Made by a program: the position numbers and the translations under genes. Source: Dehalococcoidia bacterium (lineage in GTDB: Bacteria; Chloroflexota; Dehalococcoidia; GIF9; UBA5629). Taken from it: 64,000 bases of DNA. Under the pieces are notes generated by a model. That model was not told where the DNA came from. It saw only the letters and a list, made by a program, of their open reading frames with translations, and searched no databases. The stretch is taken from NCBI GenBank assembly GCA_050011565.1, contig JBEKIW010000001.1, positions 32,001 to 96,000 on the forward strand, given 5' to 3'. Shown here in pieces: positions 1 to 10,494 of the stretch (positions are counted from its first letter, which is position 1; the number at the start of each line of letters is the position of its first letter).

Positions 1-213
1 TTCCTCCAGCCTGGGAATTGTCTTGCCCAGCGTTGACTTGCCGCATCCTGATTCCCCCACTAAGCCGATGATTTCTCCTTCGCTAATATCAAAAGTCACG
101 TCGTCTACGGCTTTTATGTCTCCGACGTGACGGGAAAATATGCCGGCCGTTACCGGATAATACTTTTTGAGGTGTCTTATTTGTAACAACTTATCGTTTA
201 CTTCATGTTTCAT
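1..213 (-). CDS. Oligopeptide/dipeptide ABC transporter ATP-binding subunit (OppF/DppF-like), 5' part only
   Basis: Read by hand: ATG at 213 overlaps the upstream TGA; translates MKHEVNDKLLQIRHLKKYYPVTAGIFSRHVGDIKAVDDVTFDISEGEIIGLVGESGCGKSTLG (Walker A); runs off the window edge. Confidence 0.9.
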   Translation of the reverse strand, partial: MKHEVNDKLLQIRHLKKYYPVTAGIFSRHVGDIKAVDDVTFDISEGEIIGLVGESGCGKSTLGKTIPRLEE

Positions 214-1178
214 GTGTATAAATGACAGCTTACAGAATGTACGTTGGAGATTGTAGTTTTTAATGGCTCTTTTTGGCTACATATCTTCATTACCCTGGGA
301 CATCTGGGATGGAAAGTGCAACCTTGAGGCATCTCCAGTGGATTGGGTGTTGTGCCGGGAATCGATGTCAGCCTGTCTGCGGATTTGGAGGTATCGGGCA
401 AACAGTCAATTAATCCGGCAGTATAAGGATGCTTTGGATTGCCTATTATTTCTGAGACTGGTGCCGTCTCGACGTCTTTCCCGCCGTACATGACCACGGC
501 ACGGTCTCCTATTTCAGCTACAACAGCCAGGTCATGCGTTATGAATATTGTTGACATTTGTCTCTTTGCCTTTAACTCGCGAAATATGTCTAGAATTTGT
601 GCCTTTATGGTCACATCTACGGCGGTGGTTGGTTCATCAGCTATAAGAATTTGGGGGTCACAGGACAAGCTCATAGCTATTAGTACTCTCTGTTTCATAC
701 CGCCCGATAGTTGATGTGGGTAGTAACTCAGCACACTCTCTGCTGAGGGTATGCCCATTTCGCTGAGCAACGTCACAGCCCTCTCTCTAGTTCGGTTATA
801 ATCCAGCGGCAGATGAAGTTTTATTTGCTCTGTTATCTGGTCACCTATGGTTAATACCGGGTTCAAAGCTGATTGTGCTTCCTGAAAAACAATGGCGATA
901 TCCTTACCTCTGATTTGTCTCATTTGCTTCGGGGAACATTTAGTTAAGTCCAAGCTATCGTAGCTTATTTGACCATCAACTATTTTCCCTGGCGGACTAT
1001 CAAACAGTCGTAAAATTGACAGTGCGGTGACTGTCTTGCCGCAGCCGGACTCGCCCACGAGGCAGAGACATTCACCCCGTCTGAGTTCGAATTCAACTCC
1101 GTCAACCGCCTTGACTATGCCCCGTCGGGTGAAGAAGTAAGTCTTCAGGTCGCTGACCTTGAGTACTACATTATTCAT
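210..1178 (-). CDS. Oligopeptide/dipeptide ABC transporter ATP-binding subunit (OppD/DppD-like)
   Basis: GESGCGKT Walker A, YPHQLSGGMKQR signature, IADEPT Walker B, C-terminal GCTFHPRC...SCHL motif. Confidence 0.95.
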   Translation of the reverse strand: MNNVVLKVSDLKTYFFTRRGIVKAVDGVEFELRRGECLCLVGESGCGKTVTALSILRLFDSPPGKIVDGQISYDSLDLTKCSPKQMRQIRGKDIAIVFQEAQSALNPVLTIGDQITEQIKLHLPLDYNRTRERAVTLLSEMGIPSAESVLSYYPHQLSGGMKQRVLIAMSLSCDPQILIADEPTTAVDVTIKAQILDIFRELKAKRQMSTIFITHDLAVVAEIGDRAVVMYGGKDVETAPVSEIIGNPKHPYTAGLIDCLPDTSKSADRLTSIPGTTPNPLEMPQGCTFHPRCPRVMKICSQKEPLKTTISNVHSVSCHLYT

Positions 1179-1186
1179 TCGTATGT

Positions 1187-2149
1187 CTATACATTGCTTT
1201 TAGGATCGAACGCATCCCTTAGCCCATCACCCAAAAAGTTAAAAGCCAGAACTGTCAGGAAGAGCATGATTCCTGGTTCCACGGCTACCCACCAGGCTGT
1301 GTCCAAAGTGTGCTGTCCGGATTCCAGGATTATTCCCCAGCTGGGTACGGATGGGTCGCCCAAGCCGATAAAGCTCAAAGCGGCTTCGGCTAGAATTACT
1401 CCCGGGATAGATAAAGTGGCTATGATGATAATCAGACTGACGACATTGGGTATCAGGTGGCGGAAGATGACCCTGTTATCACTGGCGCCTAAGGCTTTAG
1501 CGGCAACGATAAACTCTCGAGTCCTTAGCGATAGAGATTCGCTTCTAATCAGCCTGGCAGTACCTGTCCAGCCGGTCAGTCCTATTGCCAGTACTATGAA
1601 AGCCAGACTTGGACCAAAAATGAAGACTATTAGAACCAGCAATAGGAAGAAAGGAAAGGTCATCATAACGTCAGTGAATCTCATTAAAGCATTGTCCACC
1701 CAACCGCCAAGGTAGGCCGATAGGACACCGATAATTGTTCCCAGGATAATGGCTATGCCGGTGGCGATGAGGCCAACCAGTAAAGATACTCTGGCTCCGG
1801 AAACTATCATGGCCAGCATATCGCGGCCTTTGCTGTCAGTGCCCAGTGGATGTTTCCACGTTCCGTGGATTTCATTTGTAGTAAATTTATCGCTCTCTAT
1901 GTTGTATGTCGACTGTTGGGTGGTGAAACCAATAGGCGGTATTTCTTTTTCTTCGAAATTTACTGCCGTGGGATCTGCGGTGAAGAAGGGGCCAATTGCG
2001 GCCAATGCAATTAAAAAAATTATGAAAGCCAGGCCGAAGACAGCCAGCTTGTTCCGCCGTGTCCTTTGCCAGTAATAGTCAATAAGCCGTGTGCTGTTAG
2101 ACAGACGTCGGCCGATTTTTCTGACTGCATCCCGTAACGTTTCAACCAT
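1187..2149 (-). CDS. Peptide ABC transporter permease (OppC/DppC-like)
   Basis: HPLGTDSKGRD, EAA loop (AAKALGAS), LAFNFLGDGLRDAFDP. Confidence 0.95.
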   Translation of the reverse strand: MVETLRDAVRKIGRRLSNSTRLIDYYWQRTRRNKLAVFGLAFIIFLIALAAIGPFFTADPTAVNFEEKEIPPIGFTTQQSTYNIESDKFTTNEIHGTWKHPLGTDSKGRDMLAMIVSGARVSLLVGLIATGIAIILGTIIGVLSAYLGGWVDNALMRFTDVMMTFPFFLLLVLIVFIFGPSLAFIVLAIGLTGWTGTARLIRSESLSLRTREFIVAAKALGASDNRVIFRHLIPNVVSLIIIIATLSIPGVILAEAALSFIGLGDPSVPSWGIILESGQHTLDTAWWVAVEPGIMLFLTVLAFNFLGDGLRDAFDPKSNV

Positions 2150-3119
2150 ATCTTATCCTCGGGTCGAGATACGTATAACTAATATCTGTGGCCAGGTTGA
2201 CCAGCAGCACCATAAAAGTGCCGATAAGAGTAACAGCTATCACTACGGGATAGTCGTTGGCAAAGATGGCGTTGAATGATATTTGCCCGAGTCCGGGAAT
2301 ACCGAAGATAATCTCAGTGAGGTAGGCGCCGCCGAAAACGATGCTGCCTAAATCGAACATAATTATGGTGACCAGAGGCAGCAGCGCGTTCCTGAAGACA
2401 TGTTTGCCGATGACAGTCCGCTCGGGCAGACCTTTGGCTCGGGCAGTAGTGACAAATGCTTTCCTTAAGTTATCCAGCATAGCCGACCTGGTATACCTAA
2501 CATAGCCAGCTAACATTCCTGTACCCAGGGTTATGACGGGCAGCACCAATGCTTTCAGATTATCCAGCGAAAATAGAGGTAAAGTGGTGTCATAGTAAGT
2601 CTTGAATAGTCCAAATTTAACTGAAAAAACCAGGATAAGCATGATGCCCAGCCAGAAGTTTGGTATGGATATGCCAATGAAAGAGAGAAAGGTGAGGGCA
2701 TAATCTGTCTTGGTATATTGTTTAACCGCCGAGTAGATACCAATTAGCATACCGAGGATGGCAGCAAACAAACTGCTTAAAAGTATGAGTTGAAAGGAGT
2801 AAATCCAGTGAGCTTTGATTAGCTCAATGACGGGCATTGAGGTGCCGAAAGACCAACCCCAATTCCCGCGGAACAGGTTGCCCAAATAGTTGAAGTATTG
2901 CACGTAGATGGGCTTATCCAGCCCGTACCGCGCCTCAATAGCAGCTGTTACCTGTGCCGGGTCACCTCCCCTGGCAGTTATATTGGCAAGATATTTATCG
3001 GCCGGGGAACTGGGCCCAACTCTGACCAGAATAAAGGTGATAGTTAGTATGCCCCAGGCGATAATTATTGAGTAAATGAGTCTCTTGACGATGTAATCTC
3101 TGAGCCAGCTTTTGCCCAT
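2142..3119 (-). CDS. Peptide ABC transporter permease (OppB/DppB-like)
   Basis: YGLDKP, SIPNFWLG, TARAKGL, DISYTYLDPRI motifs. Confidence 0.95.
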   Translation of the reverse strand: MGKSWLRDYIVKRLIYSIIIAWGILTITFILVRVGPSSPADKYLANITARGGDPAQVTAAIEARYGLDKPIYVQYFNYLGNLFRGNWGWSFGTSMPVIELIKAHWIYSFQLILLSSLFAAILGMLIGIYSAVKQYTKTDYALTFLSFIGISIPNFWLGIMLILVFSVKFGLFKTYYDTTLPLFSLDNLKALVLPVITLGTGMLAGYVRYTRSAMLDNLRKAFVTTARAKGLPERTVIGKHVFRNALLPLVTIIMFDLGSIVFGGAYLTEIIFGIPGLGQISFNAIFANDYPVVIAVTLIGTFMVLLVNLATDISYTYLDPRIRYG

Positions 3120-3178
3120 TATTGTAGAATGCCGGAGGAGCCGCTAATACGAAATGTTCTGTGTCTTTAGTATAAACC

Positions 3179-4903
3179 TCATTTTACAGGTTCAAAATAC
3201 CACATATAGTAGTTATAACCCATACTTATGCCGGGTTCTATCCCCATGACATTTTTCTGGAAACCGACGTTAGCTCGGTGGAAAATCAAGAAATCTATGG
3301 GCTGTTCTTCCGACAGCACCCGTGACATTTCAGCATAGATTTGCTGTCTCGCAGTTTTGTCCAGTGCCTCTTTAGACTTTATACGATTGAATAATTCATC
3401 AACTTGGGGATTTGAGTAACCAAAGAAGTTAAGGCCGCCTTTGGTGGTAAAGAAGACGCTACTTCCGGACGGAGCCAGCAAATCGGTACTGAACCCCAAC
3501 AAAATAAAATCCCATGATTCCTGGCTGACTGCCTCTGGGCCGTTATTGTCACCTGGTTCCTGCTTTGAGTCTGGGACTGTGTTCATCATGTACTGTCTTA
3601 AAAGAGTTGCCCAGGGCACCAGCTTGATTTCAGTTTCTATTCCCAGTTGCAACAGGTCCTTGCGTATCGAAAAAGCCATGTCCTCGGCCGGTTTGCTGCC
3701 TGTGTTGACAGCCAGAATCAAGTGAAGTGGCGTGCCTTTTTTATCGGTGACTTTTATGGTGCCATTACTATCTTTAATTCCATAGCCCTCCTGATAAAGC
3801 AGTTCAGCAGCCTTCTGTTTATCGTACAGAGGTGCAACACCGTATTTGGCTAAACCCTCATCCGTATACCATGGAGAGGTTGCCGGGATAAAGCTATAAG
3901 CCGGCTCAGCAAAGCCGAGTAGAATTGCCTGACTAATCGTTTGTTTATTTATTGCCATCGACAGGGCTTGTCTCACCGTTTTATCCTTTAACCCTTCCCA
4001 ACCGTTAGCCCGCTGGTTATAAGCCAGTAGCGTATAGCCGGTAGTGGGAATGGTAAATACCTTTATATTGGGCATAGACTTGAACCTGTTTACCTCGGCC
4101 GGTTCAATGCTAGTGGAGGTTATATCGCCTGCTTCCAAGGCCGCTTGTCTTGTCGCCGAGGTGCTGAATAGTTTTACGATATACTGTTGAAAATATGGAG
4201 CGCCAACGTCTTTGCCCAGGTAATAATCAGGATTTCGTTCCACTACAAACCTGTCATTACGGCTCCATTCTTTAAATCGATAAGGCCCCAGGTTACCCGT
4301 ATAAGTCAAGTTATTAAACTCCGGTGCTTGTGTGAAAGCTTCAACGTTACCTTCATATTTTACAGCTATATACTTGGGGTATGGTATTAAATCATAAATC
4401 CTGTAGACAAATTCAGGATAGACCGTTTGCCTAGTTATAGTAAAGGTCGTATCATTTACTACTTGCGGTGCAACTAAGACCGTTTTGCCGTCCACCTCTT
4501 CTTGCCAATAGCTCTTATAGGGATAGTTCAGCCAATCCGAGAACATAAGATTTTTTAAGGTATATACATAGTCCTCGGCAGTAACCGGCGAGCCGTCGCT
4601 CCATTTTAGGTCATCTCTGATAGTTACGGTGTAAACCAGGCCGTCCGGTGATACCTCTATATCCTTAGCCAAGCAACGTAGTTGGATATTCAACTGATTG
4701 TCGTAGGTAGCTAACGAGTCCACTGTGTGCCCGGCATAACTAAAAGAAGTAGCATCGGCTGCCAAAATCCAGTTTAATGTCTCGGCATCACCACCTGACT
4801 CGCCGTCTATAAAATCATTAGTAACTGTGGTGCCTTTGGCGCAACCTGACGTCAAGGTAATCAATACCAGCGCTAAAGCTAAAAAAATTCCGAATTTTCT
4901 CAT
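3179..4903 (-). CDS. Peptide ABC transporter substrate-binding lipoprotein (family 5)
   Basis: Lipobox LTSGC; KWSDGSPVTAED, GPYRF, VRQALSMAINK motifs; first gene of the ABC operon. Confidence 0.92.
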   Translation of the reverse strand: MRKFGIFLALALVLITLTSGCAKGTTVTNDFIDGESGGDAETLNWILAADATSFSYAGHTVDSLATYDNQLNIQLRCLAKDIEVSPDGLVYTVTIRDDLKWSDGSPVTAEDYVYTLKNLMFSDWLNYPYKSYWQEEVDGKTVLVAPQVVNDTTFTITRQTVYPEFVYRIYDLIPYPKYIAVKYEGNVEAFTQAPEFNNLTYTGNLGPYRFKEWSRNDRFVVERNPDYYLGKDVGAPYFQQYIVKLFSTSATRQAALEAGDITSTSIEPAEVNRFKSMPNIKVFTIPTTGYTLLAYNQRANGWEGLKDKTVRQALSMAINKQTISQAILLGFAEPAYSFIPATSPWYTDEGLAKYGVAPLYDKQKAAELLYQEGYGIKDSNGTIKVTDKKGTPLHLILAVNTGSKPAEDMAFSIRKDLLQLGIETEIKLVPWATLLRQYMMNTVPDSKQEPGDNNGPEAVSQESWDFILLGFSTDLLAPSGSSVFFTTKGGLNFFGYSNPQVDELFNRIKSKEALDKTARQQIYAEMSRVLSEEQPIDFLIFHRANVGFQKNVMGIEPGISMGYNYYMWYFEPVK

Positions 4904-5038
4904 ATACTTGCCTTTCTTGATTTTAATGATTTATTTCGATGGTTGTCAGCTCTAAGTTTGGTTTGCTGCTTTATTGTCTTGCCGGACTTGAAACGGTTGA
5001 GGTTCAGAAAACCTTTGTTTGACATAAAATGACTGTTC

Positions 5039-6214
5039 CTAAATAAAACTCGCCTTTAGTTGCAGGATGACTTCGTCAATGCTGTCCGGAGCTTCTGAAG
5101 TAATACGCCTGATAGCTTCATCGACCCTTCCATATTTATGTGTATCGTAAAGGTCGTCTAGTTTCTCATAATAGCCGGCTCTTCTTCCCAGCCTGAAATT
5201 TAACCTTTCTTGGGTAGATAAGGTTAGGTATCTGTTTATTGTATCCAGACAGTCTGATTTTGCCTCCGGAAATTTACCTTCTACTTCAGGCAGTAGGTTC
5301 AATATATGGTCGCTCTTGAGTTCGCTGGTAACGTCGAGCTTTTCGATAAGTTTACCGATCTCTTCTACCACTTCATCTTCCGTTTGGACTTCAAAATCGC
5401 CGGCTTCTACCTTTGACCACAAGGGTATACCGGAACGGATATGCAAGGTGCGTAATCTAATATGGTCCGGGTCAATTTCGTTAAGGACGGTAGCTGTACC
5501 GATAACATGGTCTGATGACATTTTTCTGCCGCCAAGGCCCGGCATTACGTATTCGCATAACGATATACCAGCTTCTTTTACCTTCTTGCCGCCGGCGATG
5601 TGCTCCTCGGCAGTTACTCCTTTTTCCACATAGCTAAGCACCTGATTAGAGCCGCTTTCCATTCCGATATGCAATCGGGAAAGTCCGGCATCTTTGAGTT
5701 CTTTCAATTCTTCCAGTGATTTTTTAGAGGCAGTTTTTGAACGTGCGTAGGAGGTTATCCGGTTCAGCTCCGGGAAATTTTGTTTCAATGAGGAAACTAT
5801 CTTGACTAAGTCGGGTGTCCTCATTATAAGCGTATTGGCGTCCTGGAGAAAGGCAGATGTACCGCCTGCCCAGAGCCAGAGAGCCACGTTGCAGATGCTG
5901 GCATTATATTTATAACTGCTGTAAATTGTTCCTGCCACATTTCTGAATTGGTCGCCGTAGCCCATTTTCCAGGCAAGCTCTTTTATTTCATCGGCGATAG
6001 CTTTCGCCGATTCTATGTCCTTTACCACATCCTCAGCCGGTCTTAGCTCGAACTTCTGTCCCTTGTAAACCGGACAAAACTGGCATCGGTTCCATGGGCA
6101 GTTTCTGGTGGCTCTTATTAGCAGTGAATACGCTTCACTGGGCGGCCTTATTGGGCCCAGTTCTAAGGAATAGTCGGCTAATTTCTTCGCGTCAATGCCA
6201 TAATTCACGTTCAT
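5039..6214 (-). CDS. Radical SAM protein
   Basis: CPWNRCQFC CxxxCxxC motif after GPIRPPSEA; GLSRLHIGMESG. Confidence 0.9.
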   Translation of the reverse strand: MNVNYGIDAKKLADYSLELGPIRPPSEAYSLLIRATRNCPWNRCQFCPVYKGQKFELRPAEDVVKDIESAKAIADEIKELAWKMGYGDQFRNVAGTIYSSYKYNASICNVALWLWAGGTSAFLQDANTLIMRTPDLVKIVSSLKQNFPELNRITSYARSKTASKKSLEELKELKDAGLSRLHIGMESGSNQVLSYVEKGVTAEEHIAGGKKVKEAGISLCEYVMPGLGGRKMSSDHVIGTATVLNEIDPDHIRLRTLHIRSGIPLWSKVEAGDFEVQTEDEVVEEIGKLIEKLDVTSELKSDHILNLLPEVEGKFPEAKSDCLDTINRYLTLSTQERLNFRLGRRAGYYEKLDDLYDTHKYGRVDEAIRRITSEAPDSIDEVILQLKASFI

Positions 6215-6349
6215 ATCAATTATTTAAGTTTAATTTTAAACTTTATAGGGCTTAATTTGCAATAATAGACTTATTATCTATCGAAGTGATAACATTCGGG
6301 GAAATTAGGTTACCGGAAAATTGCCTGAAGTTTCGGATAAATAGTAGAT

Positions 6350-6985
6350 ATGGTTAATCCTGGCGATGTTAAGGTAGTCTCTTTCGACGTCGAGGGCACG
6401 CTGGTAACTCCAGATTTTAGCTATGCAGTCTGGTTCGAAGCTATCCCTCGACGATATGCTGAGAAGAATGGTATTAATCTCGAGCAAGCCAGGAAAGCCG
6501 TTGAGGGAGAATATCGTAAGGTCGGTGACCAGAGGCTCGAATGGTATGATGTCCGATATTGGTTCGATAAGCTTGGTTTGGGTACGCCTGTCCCGATGAT
6601 GCAGAGATGTGAGAATCGAGTACGCTACTACCCGGAAGTCAAAGAAGTGCTGGCCTCTTTAAGTGAAAAGTACAAACTGGTTGTGGCTTCTGGGTCAACG
6701 CGAGATTTTCTGCATCATCTTCTTCAAGACATCGAACCTTATTTTTCGGAGATTTATTCTTCGATTACTGATTACAGGCAGTTGAAGACATCCGAGTTTT
6801 ATTTAAAAATGTGTCAGGCAATGCGGGTTGAGCCTGAGCGGGTAGTTCATATTGGGGATAACTGGCAATTCGATTTTATGGCTCCCAGCGAAATAGGTAT
6901 CCACGCCTTCTATCTTGATAGAAAACAGCAAACCGAAAACTCGGTGGCAAACCTACTACAGTTGAAGGTTTACTTGATAGATTGA
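6350..6985 (+). CDS. HAD-family hydrolase
   Basis: SFDVEGTL motif I (DxE variant), HIGDNWQFD motif IV. Confidence 0.85.
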   Translation: MVNPGDVKVVSFDVEGTLVTPDFSYAVWFEAIPRRYAEKNGINLEQARKAVEGEYRKVGDQRLEWYDVRYWFDKLGLGTPVPMMQRCENRVRYYPEVKEVLASLSEKYKLVVASGSTRDFLHHLLQDIEPYFSEIYSSITDYRQLKTSEFYLKMCQAMRVEPERVVHIGDNWQFDFMAPSEIGIHAFYLDRKQQTENSVANLLQLKVYLID

Positions 6986-7046
6986 AGGCCCTTCCGAAAG
7001 AGCGCTGTCAGACAATAGAATAACCGCGGTCTTTCAAAATCAGATA

Positions 7047-7976
7047 TCAAAGCCTCTTTATCTTAACTTTAGAGAGTAGCCTTTCTACGTCCTCTCGACG
7101 GCAGAGCTCAGTGCCCGGTGTTAATGTGGCGGCTGTCCCCGCGGCTACTGCCCAGCGACAGGCCTCGTCTATGTCGAGTCCCTCGTTTAGTTTTAAAACC
7201 AGCCCGGCAATAGTCGAGTCGCCAGCGCCTACAGTGCTGCGGACCTCTACCTGGGGTGGTATTGCCTTTATAACCTTTTCTCCGTTCGCGGCTATAAGCC
7301 CCTCTTTACCGCGGGAGATGACTGCGACTTCGATGCCACGATCGACCAGGAGCTTAAGTGCCTTGACAATTGCTGTTTCGCTTCTCAGATGTTTATCGAG
7401 CAACTCTTCGGCTTCATGTACATTCGGTTTGATGACATTTGGTTTAGCCTTTATTCCTTCTTTTAGCCATTTATTGTCCGAATCGAGCACAGTTTTTATA
7501 CCGTTATGTTTAGCCGCCTCTATAAGTTGACGGTATATATCGGCAGGAACCGCAGGAGGGACACTACCGGCGAAGGCCAGATAGTCAGGTTTCGGGCTGA
7601 TATGTTTTACTTTCTGTACTAATTTTTGCAGTTCGTGTCTCATGATATGCGGTCCCGGGGCGTCGATTCTGGTTTGATGGCAAGAGGCTAAATCAGCGAT
7701 TATGAAGTTGCTCCTGATTTCCCCCTTGATTGGGGTGAAGTCAAATGGGACGCCGTGTTGTTGAAGAAGATGCTTTAATGTTTCGCCGTCAATGCCGCCG
7801 ATAAAACCATAGGCAATTGTTTCACCGCCAAGCTCGTGGATGACCCTGGAAACGTTGATTCCTTTGCCACCGGGGTCTCGACGCAAGCTAGTCCAGCGAT
7901 TGGCTTCGTCCATAACCAGTTCCTCAACGGTAACTGTTCTATCCAGGCTGGGATTTAAAGTAACTGTAGCAATCAT
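7047..7976 (-). CDS. 1-phosphofructokinase/tagatose-6-phosphate kinase family hexose kinase (PfkB family)
   Basis: True start MIATVTLNPSLD at 7976 (TAATG overlap with pyk stop); GGKGINV, IKPN, STVGAGDS motifs. Confidence 0.92.
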   Translation of the reverse strand: MIATVTLNPSLDRTVTVEELVMDEANRWTSLRRDPGGKGINVSRVIHELGGETIAYGFIGGIDGETLKHLLQQHGVPFDFTPIKGEIRSNFIIADLASCHQTRIDAPGPHIMRHELQKLVQKVKHISPKPDYLAFAGSVPPAVPADIYRQLIEAAKHNGIKTVLDSDNKWLKEGIKAKPNVIKPNVHEAEELLDKHLRSETAIVKALKLLVDRGIEVAVISRGKEGLIAANGEKVIKAIPPQVEVRSTVGAGDSTIAGLVLKLNEGLDIDEACRWAVAAGTAATLTPGTELCRREDVERLLSKVKIKRL

Positions 7977-9415
7977 TAAACTCTTTCCACCTTTAGTAGA
8001 TTGGTGCTTCCGGAAACGCCAAGTGGAATGCCCCCGGTGATAACAACCAAATCGCCGTCTTGAGCCAACCCGGTTCTTTTGGCTACTCTGGCTCCTCGGG
8101 CAAATAATGCAGTTATTTTTGAAGGCTCGGGAATTTGAAAGGCGCGTACTCCCCAGCATATCGACAACTGTCTCCGCGTTTCATTACTTGGTGTTATGGC
8201 CAGGATCGGTACCCCGGGGCGATACTTAGCGACACGTCGCGCCGTGCTTCCCGATGAAGTGAAGGCGATGATAGCTGCGGCGCCCAGTTGATGTGCAGCG
8301 TGGCAGGCAGCGTAACTAATGGCATCGTCTGTTTGAGGTTGAAGGTCTTTGCCTTTATTGGAGAGGATCTCTTCGTAAGGTAGTGACGCCTCTGCTTCAA
8401 GAGCAATCTGCGCCATCATAGATACGGTTTCCACCGGATAGTTACCGATAGCTGTTTCCTCTGACAGCATCAGGGCGTCGGAACCATCTAAGATGGCATT
8501 TGCCACATCTGTAACCTCGGCCCGGGTAGGACGCAGTGCGTGAACCATTGACTCCAGCATTTGAGTGGCTACAATGACAGGCTTCCCCAGGCGATTGCAC
8601 TTCTGGATTATTTCCTTCTGAACTATGGGAACGCGTTGTATAGGAATCTCGATACCTAGGTCGCCACGAGCAACCATGGCGCCATCAGCTGCCTCCAGTA
8701 TTTCATCGAGATTATCCAAAGCTTCGCGCCTCTCAATTTTGGCAATGAGCACTGGAGACTTTTTCTTTTTCTGGATAAAGTTCCTTACCTTAATTACATC
8801 GTTAGCTTCTCTAATGAAAGACAGGGCTACTAAGTCTACGTTATGTTTTAAACCAAAAAGGAGATGCGCCCAATCTTCTTCAGTGATTGTGGAAGTATCC
8901 CAGGTTATACCCGGAATATTGACACCCTTATCCTCAGCCAGACTACCACCTGTTATTACCTGGCAGTTGACCTCCATATTGCTGATAGATTTTACTTTTA
9001 GCTCTATTATGCCATCATCGAGGAATATCATGTCGCCGGGCTTTACAATGTTCGGCAACTCCGGTAAACCTACTGATACTTTATGCTCATCTCCTAAAAT
9101 CTGTCTCGTGGTTAGAACGAAATCAGTGTCTGCTTTAAGTTCAACTGTGCCCCTTTTAAGCTTTCCGGTTCTGTTTTTGGGTCCAGGCAGATCCTGCAAT
9201 ATGGCTAACGGCAGGTTAGCTCGTTTTGCTGCTTGACGGAGGGTTTTAATATAGCTGGTGTGTTCCTCATGAGTTCCATGCGAGAAGTTTATTCTGGCAA
9301 CATCCATACCAGTTTTGAGCAGCTCTTTTATTACTGAAGCCGAGCTGGTGCTCGGACCTATAGTGCAGATTATTTTTGTCCTACGGTATGGGGTGCTCGT
9401 AATATTCATAGACAT
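7976..9415 (-). CDS. pyk: Pyruvate kinase
   Basis: RRTKIICTIGP, ARINFSHG, MVARGDLG, ATQMLESM, PTRAEVTDVANA. Confidence 0.98.
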   Translation of the reverse strand: MSMNITSTPYRRTKIICTIGPSTSSASVIKELLKTGMDVARINFSHGTHEEHTSYIKTLRQAAKRANLPLAILQDLPGPKNRTGKLKRGTVELKADTDFVLTTRQILGDEHKVSVGLPELPNIVKPGDMIFLDDGIIELKVKSISNMEVNCQVITGGSLAEDKGVNIPGITWDTSTITEEDWAHLLFGLKHNVDLVALSFIREANDVIKVRNFIQKKKKSPVLIAKIERREALDNLDEILEAADGAMVARGDLGIEIPIQRVPIVQKEIIQKCNRLGKPVIVATQMLESMVHALRPTRAEVTDVANAILDGSDALMLSEETAIGNYPVETVSMMAQIALEAEASLPYEEILSNKGKDLQPQTDDAISYAACHAAHQLGAAAIIAFTSSGSTARRVAKYRPGVPILAITPSNETRRQLSICWGVRAFQIPEPSKITALFARGARVAKRTGLAQDGDLVVITGGIPLGVSGSTNLLKVERV

Positions 9416-9425
9416 CCTGCTTATC

Positions 9426-10439
9426 TCAGTAGTTCACGTACCAATTTTCCGGGACGGCAGCCAATTCATGAGCCTTAATGCCAAGTTTATGATACCAGGG
9501 CACTGCATATTTTGTGGCTATATCGGCCAGTTCTTTTAACCTATCAACGACAGTTGTCGACAGGTATTTGAGGCGGTCTTTTTTGTCCGTGAAATGTACA
9601 ATTTCTTGCCATATAGCCCGGCCGCCGAGGAATCCCGAAGCACCCGCGCTGCAAGCGATCTCCACTTCTTTTAGAAATGTCTCGTAGTTTACACCGGCGC
9701 TTAGTATAACCCAGGGTACCGGGGTAGCCTCGTCCAACTGCCGACAATACTGAAGAAGTTTCGACCTGTCTGCTTCATATTTCAGGTCGGCGGGGAATTC
9801 CGACTTGAGTACATCAATTGGTAAAGAGGCGACCTGGCGGGCAGTTTCAATTACCAGACCTGGTTTCAGAGCCGCTAATTTAGATGTATCCTCGTTCTCA
9901 CCCTTGATAGGATAGGTCTGGGTCTCGACGAGGAAAGGAACGTCGTATTTCAGGCATTCATCTGCAACCATCTGTATCGTTTTTAATTGTTTATTGGCTA
10001 TCTCGTTCAGATCGGGTCGGTAGTAGACCAGTAGTTTAACTGCCGAGGCACCCATGCGTCTGATTTTTTCTACGCTCCAGTTATTGAGCAAGGTGGTTAT
10101 TCGTCCCAGTTGAGTGCTTTCGTAGCCGGTAGCTTCGATGCTGACCAGCAATCCGGTATGCCCGGGGAGGACTCCTCTGGATATGCACTGGGCAGCGCCA
10201 TAATTAGGGTCTAATAAGACAGCGCTGCTATGCGGGGCTAAAGCGGCGCATAATTCCAGTTTGTACTCAACAAGTTCCTGATAATCAACTTCGTCATCAA
10301 GTTGCTCCTTTTCAATCATGGCCTTAAGAGAGCCTCTGTGGTCCATAGCGCACATTATGAAGATTCCCTCAGTTGTAGAAATCTGCTGCAAGCCCCTGAT
10401 TTTGCCGATGCCTGGTCTAGCTATTCTGTTCAATTCCAA
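9426..10439 (-). CDS. lacD: Tagatose-1,6-bisphosphate aldolase (LacD-family class I aldolase)
   Basis: AMDHRGSL, SAVLLDP, AVKLLVYY, DVLKSEFP, ILSAGV, GFLGGRAIW; likely TTG start at 10439 with GGAGG at 10446-10450 (the ORF-track extension runs into the IS end). Confidence 0.85.
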   Translation of the reverse strand: MELNRIARPGIGKIRGLQQISTTEGIFIMCAMDHRGSLKAMIEKEQLDDEVDYQELVEYKLELCAALAPHSSAVLLDPNYGAAQCISRGVLPGHTGLLVSIEATGYESTQLGRITTLLNNWSVEKIRRMGASAVKLLVYYRPDLNEIANKQLKTIQMVADECLKYDVPFLVETQTYPIKGENEDTSKLAALKPGLVIETARQVASLPIDVLKSEFPADLKYEADRSKLLQYCRQLDEATPVPWVILSAGVNYETFLKEVEIACSAGASGFLGGRAIWQEIVHFTDKKDRLKYLSTTVVDRLKELADIATKYAVPWYHKLGIKAHELAAVPENWYVNY

Positions 10440-10494
10440 AATAGACCTCCCGATAATAAGAATATACCTTTTTAATTTCTGTATAGCAAGTTTA

